Positions 37,241 through 50,308 are shown, counted from the stretch's first letter. The stretch is DNA of 64,000 nt from Squalus acanthias (GCA_030390025.1 CM059431.1:158536001-158600000); one strand, 5' to 3'. Numbers and translations are program-made. Notes: a model not told the origin generated them from the letters alone.

Positions 37241-38813
37241 ACCAGTAAAGCATGGTAGTTGCGGCAGTAGTGGCACAGGACGCACCACCAAAACCACCTC
37301 ATACTGGCTTCGTACTGGTTTTTCCCACGCTCTATTTCCTACAAAACTCAATTATTACAGTTACAAGTTAAATTCAGTCTTGAATCATTTCATGTGACAT
37401 TGCAGTTTAACATCTAATCAACAAATCATGGACTTAAAAGTTTCTCCAGATCTTTCTTAATTGTATTCTTCTTGTGGATAATTCTAACTAATCATGATTT
37501 CTCCTTGGCCCAGAATTGTCCCAATCCAATTTCCATATAACTCTCCACTTCAACTTCAATGTCAATCCTTCTAACAGGTACCAGTGTGTTTAAATCTATT
37601 CTGATTGTTTCATTAATTAGATAGTTTCTCGATGGAGTGTGTGTCGATGCTTTAAAAGTTGTCTCACTCTCCTGAGCCACATTAACCATTTCATGTCTTG
37701 CTGCTGTCAAGTAAATGAGCCTGTCTGATACCTGTCCATCAGTGCAAATTAAACATACATTCCCGGATGGTAAATGCCTCATACGTAACGAATCACATTA
37801 GCACACTCATATCGGTATCTCAATATCGTGCCACACGTGCCATCCGATACAAGACATTCTCGGGCTTTCAGGTAATCCTGCCAAAAGATTGTCTGGAGGT
37901 CTTTGTTCATCTTCCACAACATGGTCCCGATGTCTTGGATAGTGGCCGGACTATCAAATTCAGATTTCTTAAAAAGTTCATTATAGGCAGAGGCACAAAT
38001 GTCTCCAAGATAAAACTATCAATTTACTTTTCTAAACACTTTCCTGAATTTCACTAGAAAGTTTGGAAAATACCCATTTGTTGGTGTATTTCTACTGTTT
38101 ATACCTCACACCCTCAATCACCTCCTCTCTCCATTTTGCACATCCCATTAATTACCATTCATATCTCATTCTTGAGCCCTGGAGGAACTTTACTGTCCAG
38201 TACAATTTTTAAGATTGAAAACATAGATGAAACATTCTCACTTGGTACAAGTTATCAACACTTTTTATTATCATTATTTTAGAGGACCTTTTATTTTCCC
38301 AAAAGTAACCCAATATATAGTGCCTGAGTCCATTCTGTTATTACAAAATTATCCCAAAATGCAAACAGCAGCATTGTTGAACTGACAGGTTTTGTCAATG
38401 TTAAATTGCATTTCTTTCACTTTATCTTTCAATTTCCAACTTCAGAAACGAGTGATTCCCAGTGTAGGTGGTTTATACAGTGTTTTAACATTACAGACAG
38501 AAGTGCTGCAATTAGTTTATAAGGTAACTTCCATATAACAAAAGAAAGAAGATAATCCATTGTGACTCTGCTTAGAGCCCAAGGGGTTAATAATTTTCCT
38601 TCTGTCACTGTGGGAAAATATTAAGTTAAGTTAAGAAACTTAAATGTAATAAGGACCAATATCTTTAAATTTCATAATAAAGATGTTGCTTGGTGAACTT
38701 AAACAGCTGTCAGTGCAAAGGGTTAACTCCTTTGCATGTTTTTAAGATGGTGGAGCAAAATATTTTCAGGCGCACGTAATTGCGTCACTTCACGTAAATT
38801 TAAAAAAACTTTT

Positions 38814-38906
38814 TGATGAAAGGTCATCGACCTGAAACGTTAACTCTCTTTCTCTCTCCACGGATGCTGCCTGGCCTGCTGAGTTTTTCCAGCGTTTTCT
38901 GTTGTT
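38814..38906 (+). mobile_element. Penelope-type short repeat with a minimal hammerhead ribozyme motif
   Basis: TGATGA-a-AGGTC-atc-GACCT-GAAA-cgtt; flanked by a ~15-bp TSD atttaaaaaaa(a)cttt. Confidence 0.65.
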
Positions 38907-39949
38907 ATTTAAAAAAAACTTTCCCGATCGAAAAAGACAGTTGGTTTTCACACTTTAACTAAACACAAACAGAACAAAATAGCACATGCTTGCAGAAAAC
39001 TGAAAATAACGTCATATTTCTTATTGTTCTTTCTTCAGATGCCTTTCCAAAAAACTCTAAAAATATTGAATATAAGTGGAGAAAAATTACTTTTCCACAT
39101 TTAAACACATCAAATCAAATTGCTTTGGAAGATCACACCATAGCAATCGCAATTCCAAGGATAAATCTTAGACTGAAACGTAATCTTTGTTAAACAAACT
39201 TTTAGTTGTTCTTCTCAGAATTACACACCAGCTTAACTTAAACTGTAGTTCAAAGTTTTTTTTCAATTCTTGGGGCAAAATCTTATTCGCACATTCTTAA
39301 AACTTCCAAAATCCAAGACAAGACAAAAGTTTTAAAGGCTTTTAGCACAGAGAAGTGGGTGGAGCTAAAACACATAACAGACATTTTTTTTATAACAGAC
39401 TTTCAGACAAAATAAATACTTTAACTTCTTAAACATTCATAATGAGGAAATCTTTCACCTTTTTAACCTGCACTTTCACACAATCTAAAATTCCAGCATT
39501 TTTTTAAGCTTCCTTTCACTCAGCAAATCTTCTGTTTTATTTGTCTCAGCAAAGACGTTAATAACTTCCATGTCAGTAAAACTTTAAGAGGTAGAAATTA
39601 GATCGCGCCCCATTTGGGGCGCAAATATCGTCCGGACGCAAATATTAGCGCCTGGCACTAATTATCGGCACTGACTGGAAACTTCACTTTTACTGCCCCG
39701 GGAGGTGAGTGGAGCGCTAAAGCAGGCGCTGCACACCTGTCTTAAGGCGCAAAGGCCAAGGAGTGAGGCACTAACTCAGCGCGCGAGCGCAGCGCAGCTG
39801 CTGCCAGTTAGCGAGGGAACACAGACACACTGGCGCCGGACACTTCTTAAAGCGGGGGGGGGGGGGCACTTGCTCCCCAGCCACACCCTGCTCATTGCAG
39901 CCTTGAATCTCAGCCTGGAGAGACCTGTGAATCCATTTTGCTGCCAAGC

Positions 39950-41779
39950 ATGGAGAGGGTGAGAGAACGCGCTCATCGCTTCACCGAGCGGGCCTTGGAT
40001 GCTCTGGTTGGCGCAGTGGAGCGCAGACGATGTATGCTGTTCCCTGAGAGTGGCAGGAGGCCTTTGCCACGCAAGTTCAGAAGAGTTTGGAGGGAGGTGG
40101 CTCAGAGCATCTCCTCCAGGAGCATGGTGCCCAGGACCCATACTCAATGCCGCAAAAAGTTCAACGACCTCACTCGGGTCGTCAGGGTGAGTGGCTTTTT
40201 CTCAATACCTCTCCATCCCTCCATCTCAACCTCACTCTATGGCCAGAGGGTCTTAAAACCCCAATGCTCAACACTCATCCAACACCTATGGCCCTTTCAT
40301 CAAACACACACACACATTCCACACTTTGCATACAGTAAGGGCTATTCACCTATGGGAGGCACATCAGGCAACACCATGGCTGTATACAGTAAGGGCTATT
40401 CACCTATGGGAGGCACATCAGGCAAGACCATGGCTGTATATTTACTCAGATGCTGTCCTTTTTCTTGCAGGCTAAGCTGGCTCATAATAGGAGACAGCAG
40501 CAACGGACAGGTGGAGGGCGGCCTCAGCTGCAACCCCTCAGCGATCTGGAGGAGCGCGTCCACAGGATTGTGGCAAGCCGGGTGATCGGTCCCGTCGCCA
40601 CTGGAGACGCCAACCCCGTTCTGGACAGCAATGGTAAGGTCATCATCTTTTTGTCCTCTTTCCTTCCACTTGTCCCTCACAACACCAGCCTTTGACACTT
40701 TCAATCCAACTTGCTAACTCGCTGCACTTATTCCTCCCTTACTGCCACCCTGTCCTCACGCTAAAGCCACTCTTGTACCTCCCTGCTTTCAGATGGTGAT
40801 TCACCAGCTGAGGAGACGGGCCCTGAAGCTGCCACTGGGAGTGATGCTGCAGCTGAGGAGGAAGAGGAAGCCAGAGCATCAGTGCCACCCTCTCCCGAGG
40901 AAGCCCATGCCCACACTGGGAACACGCCTTCCCCGGAGGGGAGCAGGGGGGAAGGGGCTGATGAGGGTGAAGCTCCAGGACCCAGCGGGCTGCAGCAACG
41001 CCATGGGGGGGGGGGGGGGTAGGGAAGAACGGGGGCCTTCTCCCCAGAGGGAGAGTATGCCAGACACTCCTACTGCAATGGACGCAGAGGAGGAGCGGCT
41101 GATTGCAGAAATGAACACCCAGGCGGTGGGCATGCACACTGAGCTCATGGGTGCAGTGGGAAGGGTGCCCGAATGCATTGAGTCACTGGCAAGGAGTGTG
41201 GAGCACTTCGCTGTAGCACAGGCGGATGCCACACTAACGCTTAGTGCTGCAATTCAGTCACTGGCTGCCGTGATCCCACCTCTGACTGCTCTCATACAGA
41301 CTCAGATGGAGGCTACGCCAGCACAGACTGCTGCCAACCTCGATGGTGCGTGCACATGTCCCCGGGGCTGTCACCGCGCCGCAGCAGGCCAGCAATCTGT
41401 TCTCCGGCAGATTGCTCCTGATGCTGAAGTGCTGCCCCATGGGAGTGCCAGTGTGTCGGGCGAGCAGGGAGTTGCTGTCCTCTCGCACGATGACAGCATT
41501 CCTGCTGCCAACACTGTCACTTCTCCACTGCACTTGCCACCGCCTGTAGGACAGACTGCTGCCGCCCATGCAGAGTTGGTGCAGTCTGCAGCCGGGCCCT
41601 CGAGGCCCAGAAGTGGTCGAGGCCGTCCTTCAGGGGCATCTGCAGTGTCAGGGTCTGACGAGCAGCAGCCTTCCACCAGCGTTGCTGCAGCCACTGAGGT
41701 CCCATTACGGAGGAGCAGTAGGGTTAGAAGGGGGGAAGTGCGCAAGGGAAGGAGATCACCCTCGAAGGGCAAAAAGTAG
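39950..41779 (+). CDS. Harbinger Myb/SANT-like DNA-binding protein, 3 exons (39950-40186, 40471-40633, 40793-41779), one homopolymer frameshift
   Basis: RFTERALDALV..WREVAQ..RTHTQCRKKFNDL trihelix; RTGGG motif; GT-AG sites with matching phases; G15 run at 41005-41019 breaks the frame. Confidence 0.88.
40331..40438 (+). repeat. 54-bp tandem duplication in Myb intron 1
   Basis: tacagtaagggctattcacc...catggctgta twice, one mismatch. Confidence 0.9.
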
Positions 41780-42073
41780 GAGGTGTGACAAAATGCTGGT
41801 CATTTTTTTATTAAAGGCCGAGGTTCATGGTCCAACTTTTGTTTAGTGTTTTGGACATTATCTCCAGGTTGTGAGAACCAGTTATGTTATTGACTGTTTT
41901 TTTGTGTTTATTTCTATGAGTTTGTCATGACGATTTGACACACTCAGAGTTTGTAAAATAAATAAGTTTCTGTATTCAAAATATACATGGCTGGTGGTTG
42001 GAAGTATTGGTGCCTTGGCCGGCATAGGGGTTGCGTGCTGGGTTGCATAATGTTGGTAGCAATGGCAGGGGTC

Positions 42074-43234
42074 CTAGAAGCGGCTTGCTATTAGCCGTTG
42101 ACGGACGGCCCTTGCAGTTTGACCATTGTGGGCCGCCCTCCCGCCTTGGTGCTGCTGATGATCATCGTCCTCGTCCTCTTCCTCCTCTTCCTCCTCATCC
42201 TCTGGTGGTGCTACAAGGCCTGGTGGCATTGGCTGGGTCCTGAGGATTGCCATGTTGTGCAACATGCAGCACACGACTACGAAGTTCGATACTTGCTCAG
42301 GCGAGTACTGCAGGGCTCCTCCGGAATGGTCCAGACAGCGGAACCGTTGTTTCAGCATGCCGATTGTGCGCTCAATAATGTTCCTGGTTGCTTGATGGCT
42401 TTCATTGTACCGCAGCTCAGCAGGGGTGTTTGGCGTACGGAGCGGTGTCATCAACCAGGTGCTCAATGCGTACCCCTTGTCCCCGAGAAGCCAACCAACT
42501 GGCTGATGCGGTGCCTCGAAAACTTCTGCCACAGTAGTCTGGCGCAGGATGAAAGCATCGTGGCAGCTGCCAGGATAGTGGGCATTGACAGCGAGTATCA
42601 CCTGTCTGTGGTCACAGACCAACTGGACATTCAAGGAATGGAACCCCTTTCTGTTCCTGAATTCCTCTGCATTCTCACGTGGAGCACGCAAAGCCACATA
42701 TGTGCAGTCAAGGGCGCCCTGCACCATGGGGAAGCCCGCTACCCTCGCAAAGCCCAGAGCACGGTCACGCTGCTTGTCTGGGGTCATAGGGAAAGAGATG
42801 AACTCTCGTCTCCTTCTGAAGAGGGCATTGGTGACCTGCCGGATGCAGCGATGCACCGCGAACTGGAAGATATTGGCGAGGTCCCCAACAGCAGCTTGGA
42901 ATGAGCCAGTGGCGTAGAAGTTCAAAGCCACTGTGACCTTCACTGCCACCGACAGAGACGTCCGGGACCTCAGCTGAGGCTGCAGATCGGGCTGCAGCAG
43001 GTGGCAGAGCTCAGTGACCACCTCCTTGCTGAATTGCAGCCTTCGCAAACACAGCTCCTCGGACATATGGATGTAGGAGAGCTGTTCACGATATACCCTG
43101 GGAAGGTAAGCTCTCCTGTACATGCGCCTGATGGCCCTCCTCCGTCTGGCCATCATTGCCACTCTCTGTCTACGTCTCTGTATCCTCCGATTCAGCTGGA
43201 GCAGGACGACGCCCCCAATCAGTGCAGTCCCCAT
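42074..43234 (-). CDS. Harbinger DDE transposase (HARBI1-like family), intact single exon
   Basis: VALNFYATGSFQ, GALDCTYV, FRNRKGFHSLNVQLVCD, YPGSCHDAFIL, LLGDKGY, RNIIERTIGMLKQRFRCL, CCMLHN; first ATG at 43234. Confidence 0.96.
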   Translation of the reverse strand: MGTALIGGVVLLQLNRRIQRRRQRVAMMARRRRAIRRMYRRAYLPRVYREQLSYIHMSEELCLRRLQFSKEVVTELCHLLQPDLQPQLRSRTSLSVAVKVTVALNFYATGSFQAAVGDLANIFQFAVHRCIRQVTNALFRRRREFISFPMTPDKQRDRALGFARVAGFPMVQGALDCTYVALRAPRENAEEFRNRKGFHSLNVQLVCDHRQVILAVNAHYPGSCHDAFILRQTTVAEVFEAPHQPVGWLLGDKGYALSTWLMTPLRTPNTPAELRYNESHQATRNIIERTIGMLKQRFRCLDHSGGALQYSPEQVSNFVVVCCMLHNMAILRTQPMPPGLVAPPEDEEEEEEEDEDDDHQQHQGGRAAHNGQTARAVRQRLIASRF

Positions 43235-44539
43235 ATTCTCTTTGCCAGAAAAGTAATGAGGGACAGCAACTAAAGTAGCAACAAAGTTAGGATGAATAGG
43301 CAAAACTACCTCACAAAGCGTTGAGTCAATGTAGAAGTCTCTCTCTCTCTCTTTCCGAATCTCTCTCTCTTAGAACGAGTGGTGCATAAATGTCGACCAC
43401 AGAAAAAGATAGGAAGAGGCCCCCTTTAAATAGCGCCCCCCCCCAGCCCCACACCGATTGATAGCGTTCCAGTCTTCCGGTTGTTGGAAGCGCCAGGCGG
43501 TAAGGCAGGGGGCACCACTCAATTTCTGCTCCGGGGCGCCCCAAGGGCGTTGCACCATGGAATGACGTCACAATATGCGCGCGCAGGTGGTCGCAGCGGT
43601 AAGTTTTAGTGCCGCCGCACAATCTCAAGTTAAGTTCTCGAGCGGCGCAAACATCGCTGCGCCCGGGCGTTAGCGGCTTTGCGCCCCATTAGCGCCCTCT
43701 TAAGGCGCTAACGGGAGGCGCAACCAAGTGAATTTTTACCCCTAAATTTCTCTTTTTTTTCTCTTTTTAAATGGCGTCTCAGCAGCTTGTCCTTGCTTTC
43801 CAAATCCCAGTTTTTTCCTTTCATTTGCTGAGTTTTCAGATTGGTTAGCCTGCAAATTCGGTCTTTTTCTTTCTTTATCTCTCCCTCTCTCTCCTGCACT
43901 TTATGCTTAACCACCTGGCTATGTTTTTCTCTTAACCCGTTGTGTTTTTTCTGAGACAGTCTTTCCGGAATAAAGTTTATCATGACGTCGTCTTAAGTCT
44001 GTTCCTTTGTCCTGGCAGTACGTCTGTGTAAACTTGTTCTTTGAGTATCGCAGTTTTAACACTTTTCCTATCAACAGTTCGTTTGGACACTGTCCATATA
44101 GGGTCTTCAAAAAAATCACCTTTTATAATTGTTTCAAATGTTCAAAATACCATTGTCACTCAGACTAAATTAGCATCCCGCCTTTGAAGCATTTTTCCAC
44201 CAACTTTGCCATGTTCAGTGTTAGCTTGTTTATAGTTTGTCACCCCATTGGAATTTAAATTATCTCTTTCATTTTTTGCTTCCCTGGTACAAGGTCTTGA
44301 TACCAAGGGCTCATATCAGCGCTGTTTCAATATTCTTGAGTTTCCCAGGAGTAATTATGGGTAATATTATTTGGTCAATGGCTACACTTGACGCTATACA
44401 TATATGATTCTCGTCCACTAAATATCCCTAGATATCAGACTTTCGTACAAAAAGCTGCTGCTCTAAAAGTTTGTTAAAATCATTAATTGCTTCAAAGCGG
44501 ACACTGTAATTTAACCCGTGCTCTTTTACACTTTTGCAG

Positions 44540-44709
44540 ATAATTCAGACACTAAAATATTACTAATGTTGGCGAGCTACACGGATATCCAGCTGGGAAA
44601 AATTATCGGTTTCTTCCGTCAGAGACTAGAACAGTCAATTGAAGAATTCGTGGAAGCTGTTAGTTAGTCGCTCTTAGATGCAAACGTGTTTACTGAAACA
44701 ATTCATAAG
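44540..44709 (+). pseudogene. Exon A2 of the module, in-frame TAG at 44665-44667
   Basis: 170 nt, intact splice sites (ttttgcag, AAG|gtatgc); CAG in copies A1 and A4 is TAG here. Confidence 0.8.
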
Positions 44710-44744
44710 GTATGCTACATATATGTTTGAATTGTCCAAATGGT

Positions 44745-44960
44745 CCCCTAAATTTGAGACGGGTTGCTGGTAGATTGTTCCATCGGTCTGGAACGGCATG
44801 TCTTTGCTGGTGTAGCTGTTGTAATCTCTGGGGATAGTATATTCGCCGCATAGGTGTGGTGGTGTGATGTTTGCAAGCACAGGCAGCCAAGGTGCTGCTG
44901 TTGATAAAAGTGTACCCGTGATAATTCTCATAATAGAGTTCAGCTGCATATCAACGGTTT
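44745..44960 (-). mobile_element. Vingi/Ingi-type LINE fragment (copies at ~30025-30145 and ~51240-51460)
   Basis: QLNSIMRIITGTLLSTAAPWLPVLANITPPHL resembles the Ingi/Vingi post-RT motif. Confidence 0.65.
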
Positions 44961-47900
44961 AACATGCGGACTTGATAGCCATGGGGGTGATTATAAAAGC
45001 CTTCTCATGGCCTTATGTGGTCTTGATTACAATTAATATCGTCTCAAAGGACACAGAACTGGTCGTTTTCAATGCATTATATTACAAGAGAACAGCATCT
45101 CCTGGTATTATCCTGAGTTCATTGTGGAAGAATCCTCGACCCATTTATCATCAGCTGCTTCTTCAATGTACTTCCCTCTTAATGTCAGAATTTGGGCTGT
45201 ACGCTGATGAGTGCAGTGTTCAATTCCATTCCCAACTCCTCACATAACTAAGCAGTCCATGCCCTTATGCTTCAAGATCTGGTCCACATGCCAGTTTAGG
45301 TGGATAATTGGCAAGTAATTGACATTCAATGACATTACAATAGACAAATCCGTCAACATCAACAACCTGGGGACACCACTCGAAGCAGCTCTGATGATTC
45401 ACGTCCAAACGTCCTGCAGTTAAGGTGATTACCTTGGCCGGATTTCTGCAGGGATTCGGTTTACTGTAGTTTCAGAAATCGGATATATGTGTCAACATAT
45501 CGATGGAGCAATTAATCCAAATTTCAGGATTGCAGGGAACACGCCAAGACACATTGTAATGATTAATTGAATAAGACACCACTAACAGCGCAAGCATCAC
45601 GCGTCCTCGGCATATTCCCAATTGAAATCCTGGAACCTGACAAAACTTTTAATGGCCCCATATAACTAATCTCAGGTGAAGAAATTAATTGACGAAAAAA
45701 AATAAAACCGTCAGTCATGGCCGAGTGTATCTGACCGTTCTTTATTAAAGCAACCGTGCGTCCTCATTAAACTATACGATTCGTTTGAGTCACTGTCGGT
45801 GGCAGGAATTTCTTGAACTTTCTACTGAACATATCCGGTTAGTTGCTTCCAGTTCTCTTTTGCTTCCAACTTCATCGCATGACTGCTTCTCCCTGCATTA
45901 CTAACATCTTCCCTGGCACAGTTATTACTTCTAATTTACAACCTCAGACAATCTGCATTATTCCACGTATCGCCAATCATTCGCAAAATTTATCCAGCCC
46001 ATGTTTTACGCAACCTTCTGCCTTGACTCCAGGACAGCTCAGGACAAGCCCCTTCTTCGGCCCAATGTTCAGGGACATCAACAATTCCGGCCTCTTATGT
46101 CACGATTGCCATAATTACCCATTTAAAAACAATCCCTACTGTCATCTGTGATGTCTATCTCCACTCTTTTCTAATAATTCCTAGAGTTAAGTAACACACA
46201 TCTGAATAAAGTATTGTGAATAAAGCTGGTTAATCGAAAGCAACGATTGTCTGTTGATGCTTTAGGAAGTAATGATATGGAAACATTAACAGCTAAGTGG
46301 CTTATATAACGGCAGGGCTGGCAGCTAAGAGCTAAAATGTTTTTGTTACAAAAAAAGTAATACATTTTAAACAGAAAAAACGAAAGTTATTATTAACATA
46401 TTTAATTGCAGCACGGAAACTCAAGACTCATATAAGGAATGATTAACAATTCTAATTATATGCTTGGGATTATAGCATAATAATGGAACTCTTTATCAAA
46501 TAGGATTTGATTATCATGCACCAAGTGTTGGGATACTGATTGAGAAAGGGATATATTGAAAAATTGGAGAAATTTTAGCAAGGGTATCACTCTGATGAGT
46601 GATTTAAATATCTAAAGTGTAGAAGTGATGCACGGTTGGAAGAGAGAGTGAGCTATCTGCCAGGTGTCCAGGACGTTATATAGATGGGTACGGTTTCAGA
46701 ACAGCAATGAGGAATGACTATTGGATACTATCTGCAAACGGATAAGGGTAGTGGAATAACTCAGAAGCCATGATATCATTACAATTCATATGAACAGTAA
46801 ATCAAATCAATATAAATTTACAGGAACCTAACCAATTTCAACAAAGCAAAAACACACTAGCCCAGGTATATTGCGACGGAAATGACTGGTAATTCCATCG
46901 GGAAGCAATAGGAAGCTACCAAGTCGGAAATGATTGCCAAACGATATATATGGGATTTAATTGAAAATAAAAATTGTGCAACATATACAAGAATTGTTTG
47001 GACGTGCATAGAAAAGGCATTAAAAAGGAGATTTTAAAATTGAATGTAGGTAGTGTATGGTTAATTATATAAAATAAATCATAGAAGCGCAGATGATAAC
47101 GAGCAGAAGGTTAAACGTTGTCAGTTTAAGAATTTGGTGATTGGCAGATGGCAGAATTCGACACAATGATCACATTTCATAAACACTTCAAGTAAAGTAG
47201 TAATTTATCAGACAGGGCTGCTCAAATATAGAAATGCAATGGTTCATATAGAAGATGAAAGATTGACTCATAAGCTTTTGCTAGTGTTTCGATGAAAGAT
47301 ATTTGGAATAAACGAAAGTCTCTTTGCAGTCAATGTTAAAGAAATGCGGACGCATGTTAAATGGAGCGCTCATTCGCTTTCAGCACCTTTCATGCGACTG
47401 GCCGACTCCAATTTCATCCGCATTGTTTATCAGTCTGTGCAATCTGAGTTTCTGAAAGCAGGTTGTGAGCTTTCCAATATATTACTGTTACTAACAACTA
47501 ATAATGCTTGCTTGCACGAATCATATTCCTGCAATTGTACGTTTTTCCATTTTTTTGGCATTGTACCCTTATTTCATTTATCAGTTGAGAAACTCAAGTT
47601 TCCCTCGATGACTCAACGCTGGTCCTCTCTATCTTTGCAAAGTCCTCCAGCCCTTCAATCCTCCGTGATCTCTGTGCTATTCCAATTCTGGCCTATTGCG
47701 AATCCCCGATTTTCTGCACGCCACCATTGGTAGTCGTGCCTTGAGCTTTCTCGGCCCGAAGCTCTGGAATTCACTCTCTAATCCTCTCCGGCTCTCTGCC
47801 ATTCTCTCCTCCTTTAAGGCGCTCTTTAAAATTTCCCTCTTAGAAGAAGATTTTGTTCACCTTATTGTGAGCTTTTCTACTCGTTCTTCTCATAGAGAGG

Positions 47901-47965
47901 GAGAAAGAAAACAGACGTTTGTTATCTCAATTATTTGTTTTAATATGATTGCAATATATTTTTAG

Positions 47966-48137
47966 GTAATCAGATACCTTGCAAAAAGTCAGCGTAGAAA
48001 TGATGCTTCCAAACTCATTTTCGATACCGTGCTGGAAAAGGGAGCTCGGGGAGAAAGAACAATTTGGAACGTATTTCTTCAACTGCAGAACACAAAACCC
48101 AAACTGAAAGCGACATTGATAGAGATACAGACGAGAG
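47966..48137 (+). CDS. Exon B2 of the module
   Basis: 172 nt, tttttag and G|gtacag; VIRYLAKSQRRNDASKLIFDTVLEKGARGERTIWNVFLQLQNTKPKLKATLIEIQTR, open. Confidence 0.78.
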
Positions 48138-50308
48138 GTACAGGGGCAGAAAATGATCTAGAGGGTAGGTGGCGTCCAAATCTAATTGCAACTGATCTTG
48201 TTTACTTTCAGAATAACAGAGTTCATTGTTTATGCTGAGGAACTTATTTAAAGTTTTGTCCGTGAGGATTAATTTCTGATTGACGGGGACATACAACAGG
48301 CGAATTCGCATTTGCCGACAGTTACAACACACGCCCGATATTCAGTTCAATTCAAGTTTATTCGGGCGCAATATATAACAGGTGAAGGATGCGATATCGT
48401 CTTTAATGTGTCCTCGCCGAAAAACGGCCGAAATTACATCTGCTACCCGTTGTGCGCTCGGTCGGATATTCCCTTCCTTTGACGCCAATAGAACTGCAGA
48501 GGCTGCGCTGTGCCCGCCCAGAGGTGGCAATCAGGGACATCGCTCAAATCAGGGAAACTGCTGAAATCGTCGACTCTTCACAGTAACTCTCCTCTTAAAT
48601 TCCACACTAAAAAGGATTCGGTGTAACTGGATTTCAACAGCGTTTTGACTTCTAAACAAAAGTTATGAACTTGTAGATGTAGGTTTAATTTTGTGCAGTG
48701 TCAACTTTCTTCATTTTCTTACTCACTTACGTGTTCGCTGTCTGTGAAAATTCTGAGTTTTGATTGTCTGCTTAGACAACCTGTCGACGTCACAGCATCT
48801 TGCACGAGAGGATCTCCATGATACTCCGTTGATTTGAATTACAGTTCGGAAAATCTGAACTTCTCCACACTGTGATTGTGAGATCTTTGTGTGAAGCTAA
48901 CTTTGGGGCTAACAGCAAACGCCTTTGCTTCGTCGCTTACCGCAAATTCCGGGCCATTCTTTATTTAATAATGGTATTCTGGGAACGGTAGCATAGTGGT
49001 AATGTCACTGGCCTGGTAATCCAGCTAGGCCTGTACTTGATGATCCAGGGACGTGAGTGCAAATCCCAGCACAGCAACTGCGGAATTTAAATGCACTTAT
49101 TTAATTGAATCTGGAATAAAATAGCTAGTATCAGCTTTCCTTTCCTGGTCTTGCCTATATGTAACTCCAGACTCACAGCAATGTAGTTGAATCTTAAGTG
49201 CCCTTATTATTGTCTGGCTTAGCAAGCCACACAATAATAAGAATGAAACCGGGCAAACCACCAGTCATCGAACTCGGCATCGGCTACGGACATGGCAACG
49301 GCACACCTAGCCCAGTGGAACCTGCAAAGTCATCCTCACCAACATCTGGGGACTGGTGCCAAAATGGTGAGCTGTCCCACAGGCGAGTGAAGAAACTACC
49401 TGATATAGTCAAGTTCACAGAATCATACCTTTCAGACAATGTCCAAAACTCCTCCATCACCATCCCTGGGTGGCGGCACAGAGGTATACAGTCGGCAAGG
49501 AGTGGACCATAGGTGTCCTGAACATTGACTCCGGATCCCAAGAAGTCTCATGGCTTCAGGTGAAGCAGGGGCAAGGAAACCTCCTGCTGATTATCACCTG
49601 CTGCCCTTCCTCAGCTGATGAATCAGTCCTCCACCATGTTGAACATCACTTGTAAGAAGCACTGCGAGTAGCAAGGGCACAGAATGTACTCTGGGTGGGG
49701 GACTTCAATGTCCACCAAGAGTGGCTCGGTAGCACCACTACTGACCGAACTGGCCGAGTCCTGAAGGACATAACTGCCAGTCTGGTCCTGCGACAGGTGG
49801 TGAGAGATTCAGAACAATTCTAGCAGCTAAAAACTGGGCATCCATGAGACGCTGTCGTACATCAGCAGCAGCAGACTTGTATTACACCACTACCTGCAAC
49901 CTCATGGCCCGGCATATCACTCACTCTTAGATTACCATCAAGCCATCGGACTAACCCTGGTCCAATAAGGAGTGTAGAGAGCATTTAAGGAGCAGCACCA
50001 GGCGTAACTAAAAATGCGGTTCCAACCTGGGGAAGCTGCAACACAGGACTACATGCATGCTAAACAGCGGAAACAGCATGCTATAGACAGGGCTAAGATA
50101 TCCCACAATCAACGGACCAGAGCAAAGCTCTGCAGCCCTGCCACATCCAGTCGTGAATGGTGGTGAACCATTAAACATCTAACGGGAAGAGGATGCTCCA
50201 TGAATATCCCCATCCTCAATAATGGTGGAGCTCAGCACGTGAGTAGAAAAAGACAAGGCTGAAGCGTTTTCAACCATCTACAGCCAGAAGTGCCGAGTAG
50301 ATGATTCA

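Larger units (their letters stand above)
39588..43742. mobile_element. Autonomous-type PIF/Harbinger DNA transposon, 4155 bp
   Basis: TAA TSD (39585-39587, 43743-43745); TIRs GAGGTAGAAATT / GGGGTAAAAATT; convergent Myb/SANT and transposase genes. Confidence 0.96.
35732..44449 (-). mobile_element. Decayed ERV-like provirus: 3' LTR ~35732-36366, internal 36367-39587 + 43743-43981, truncated 5' LTR 43982-44449
   Basis: LTR starts TGTACGAAAG on the minus strand; PPT-like GTGGGGACT at 36367-36375; CCAAT-TATAAAA; env-like membrane segment just upstream of the PPT. Confidence 0.6.

Noticed and set aside
42098..42904. 268-aa plus-strand ORF
   Set aside because: Antisense shadow of the transposase
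42074..43303. Host HARBI1 gene
   Set aside because: Lies inside TIRs and TAA TSDs with a Myb partner, so it is a transposon gene
45843..46151. Recurrent ORF MLPVLFCFQLH... (also 31006, 52410, 59160) as an additional exon
   Set aside because: Non-ATG starts, frameshifts and different ends between copies; recurrence is explained by duplication
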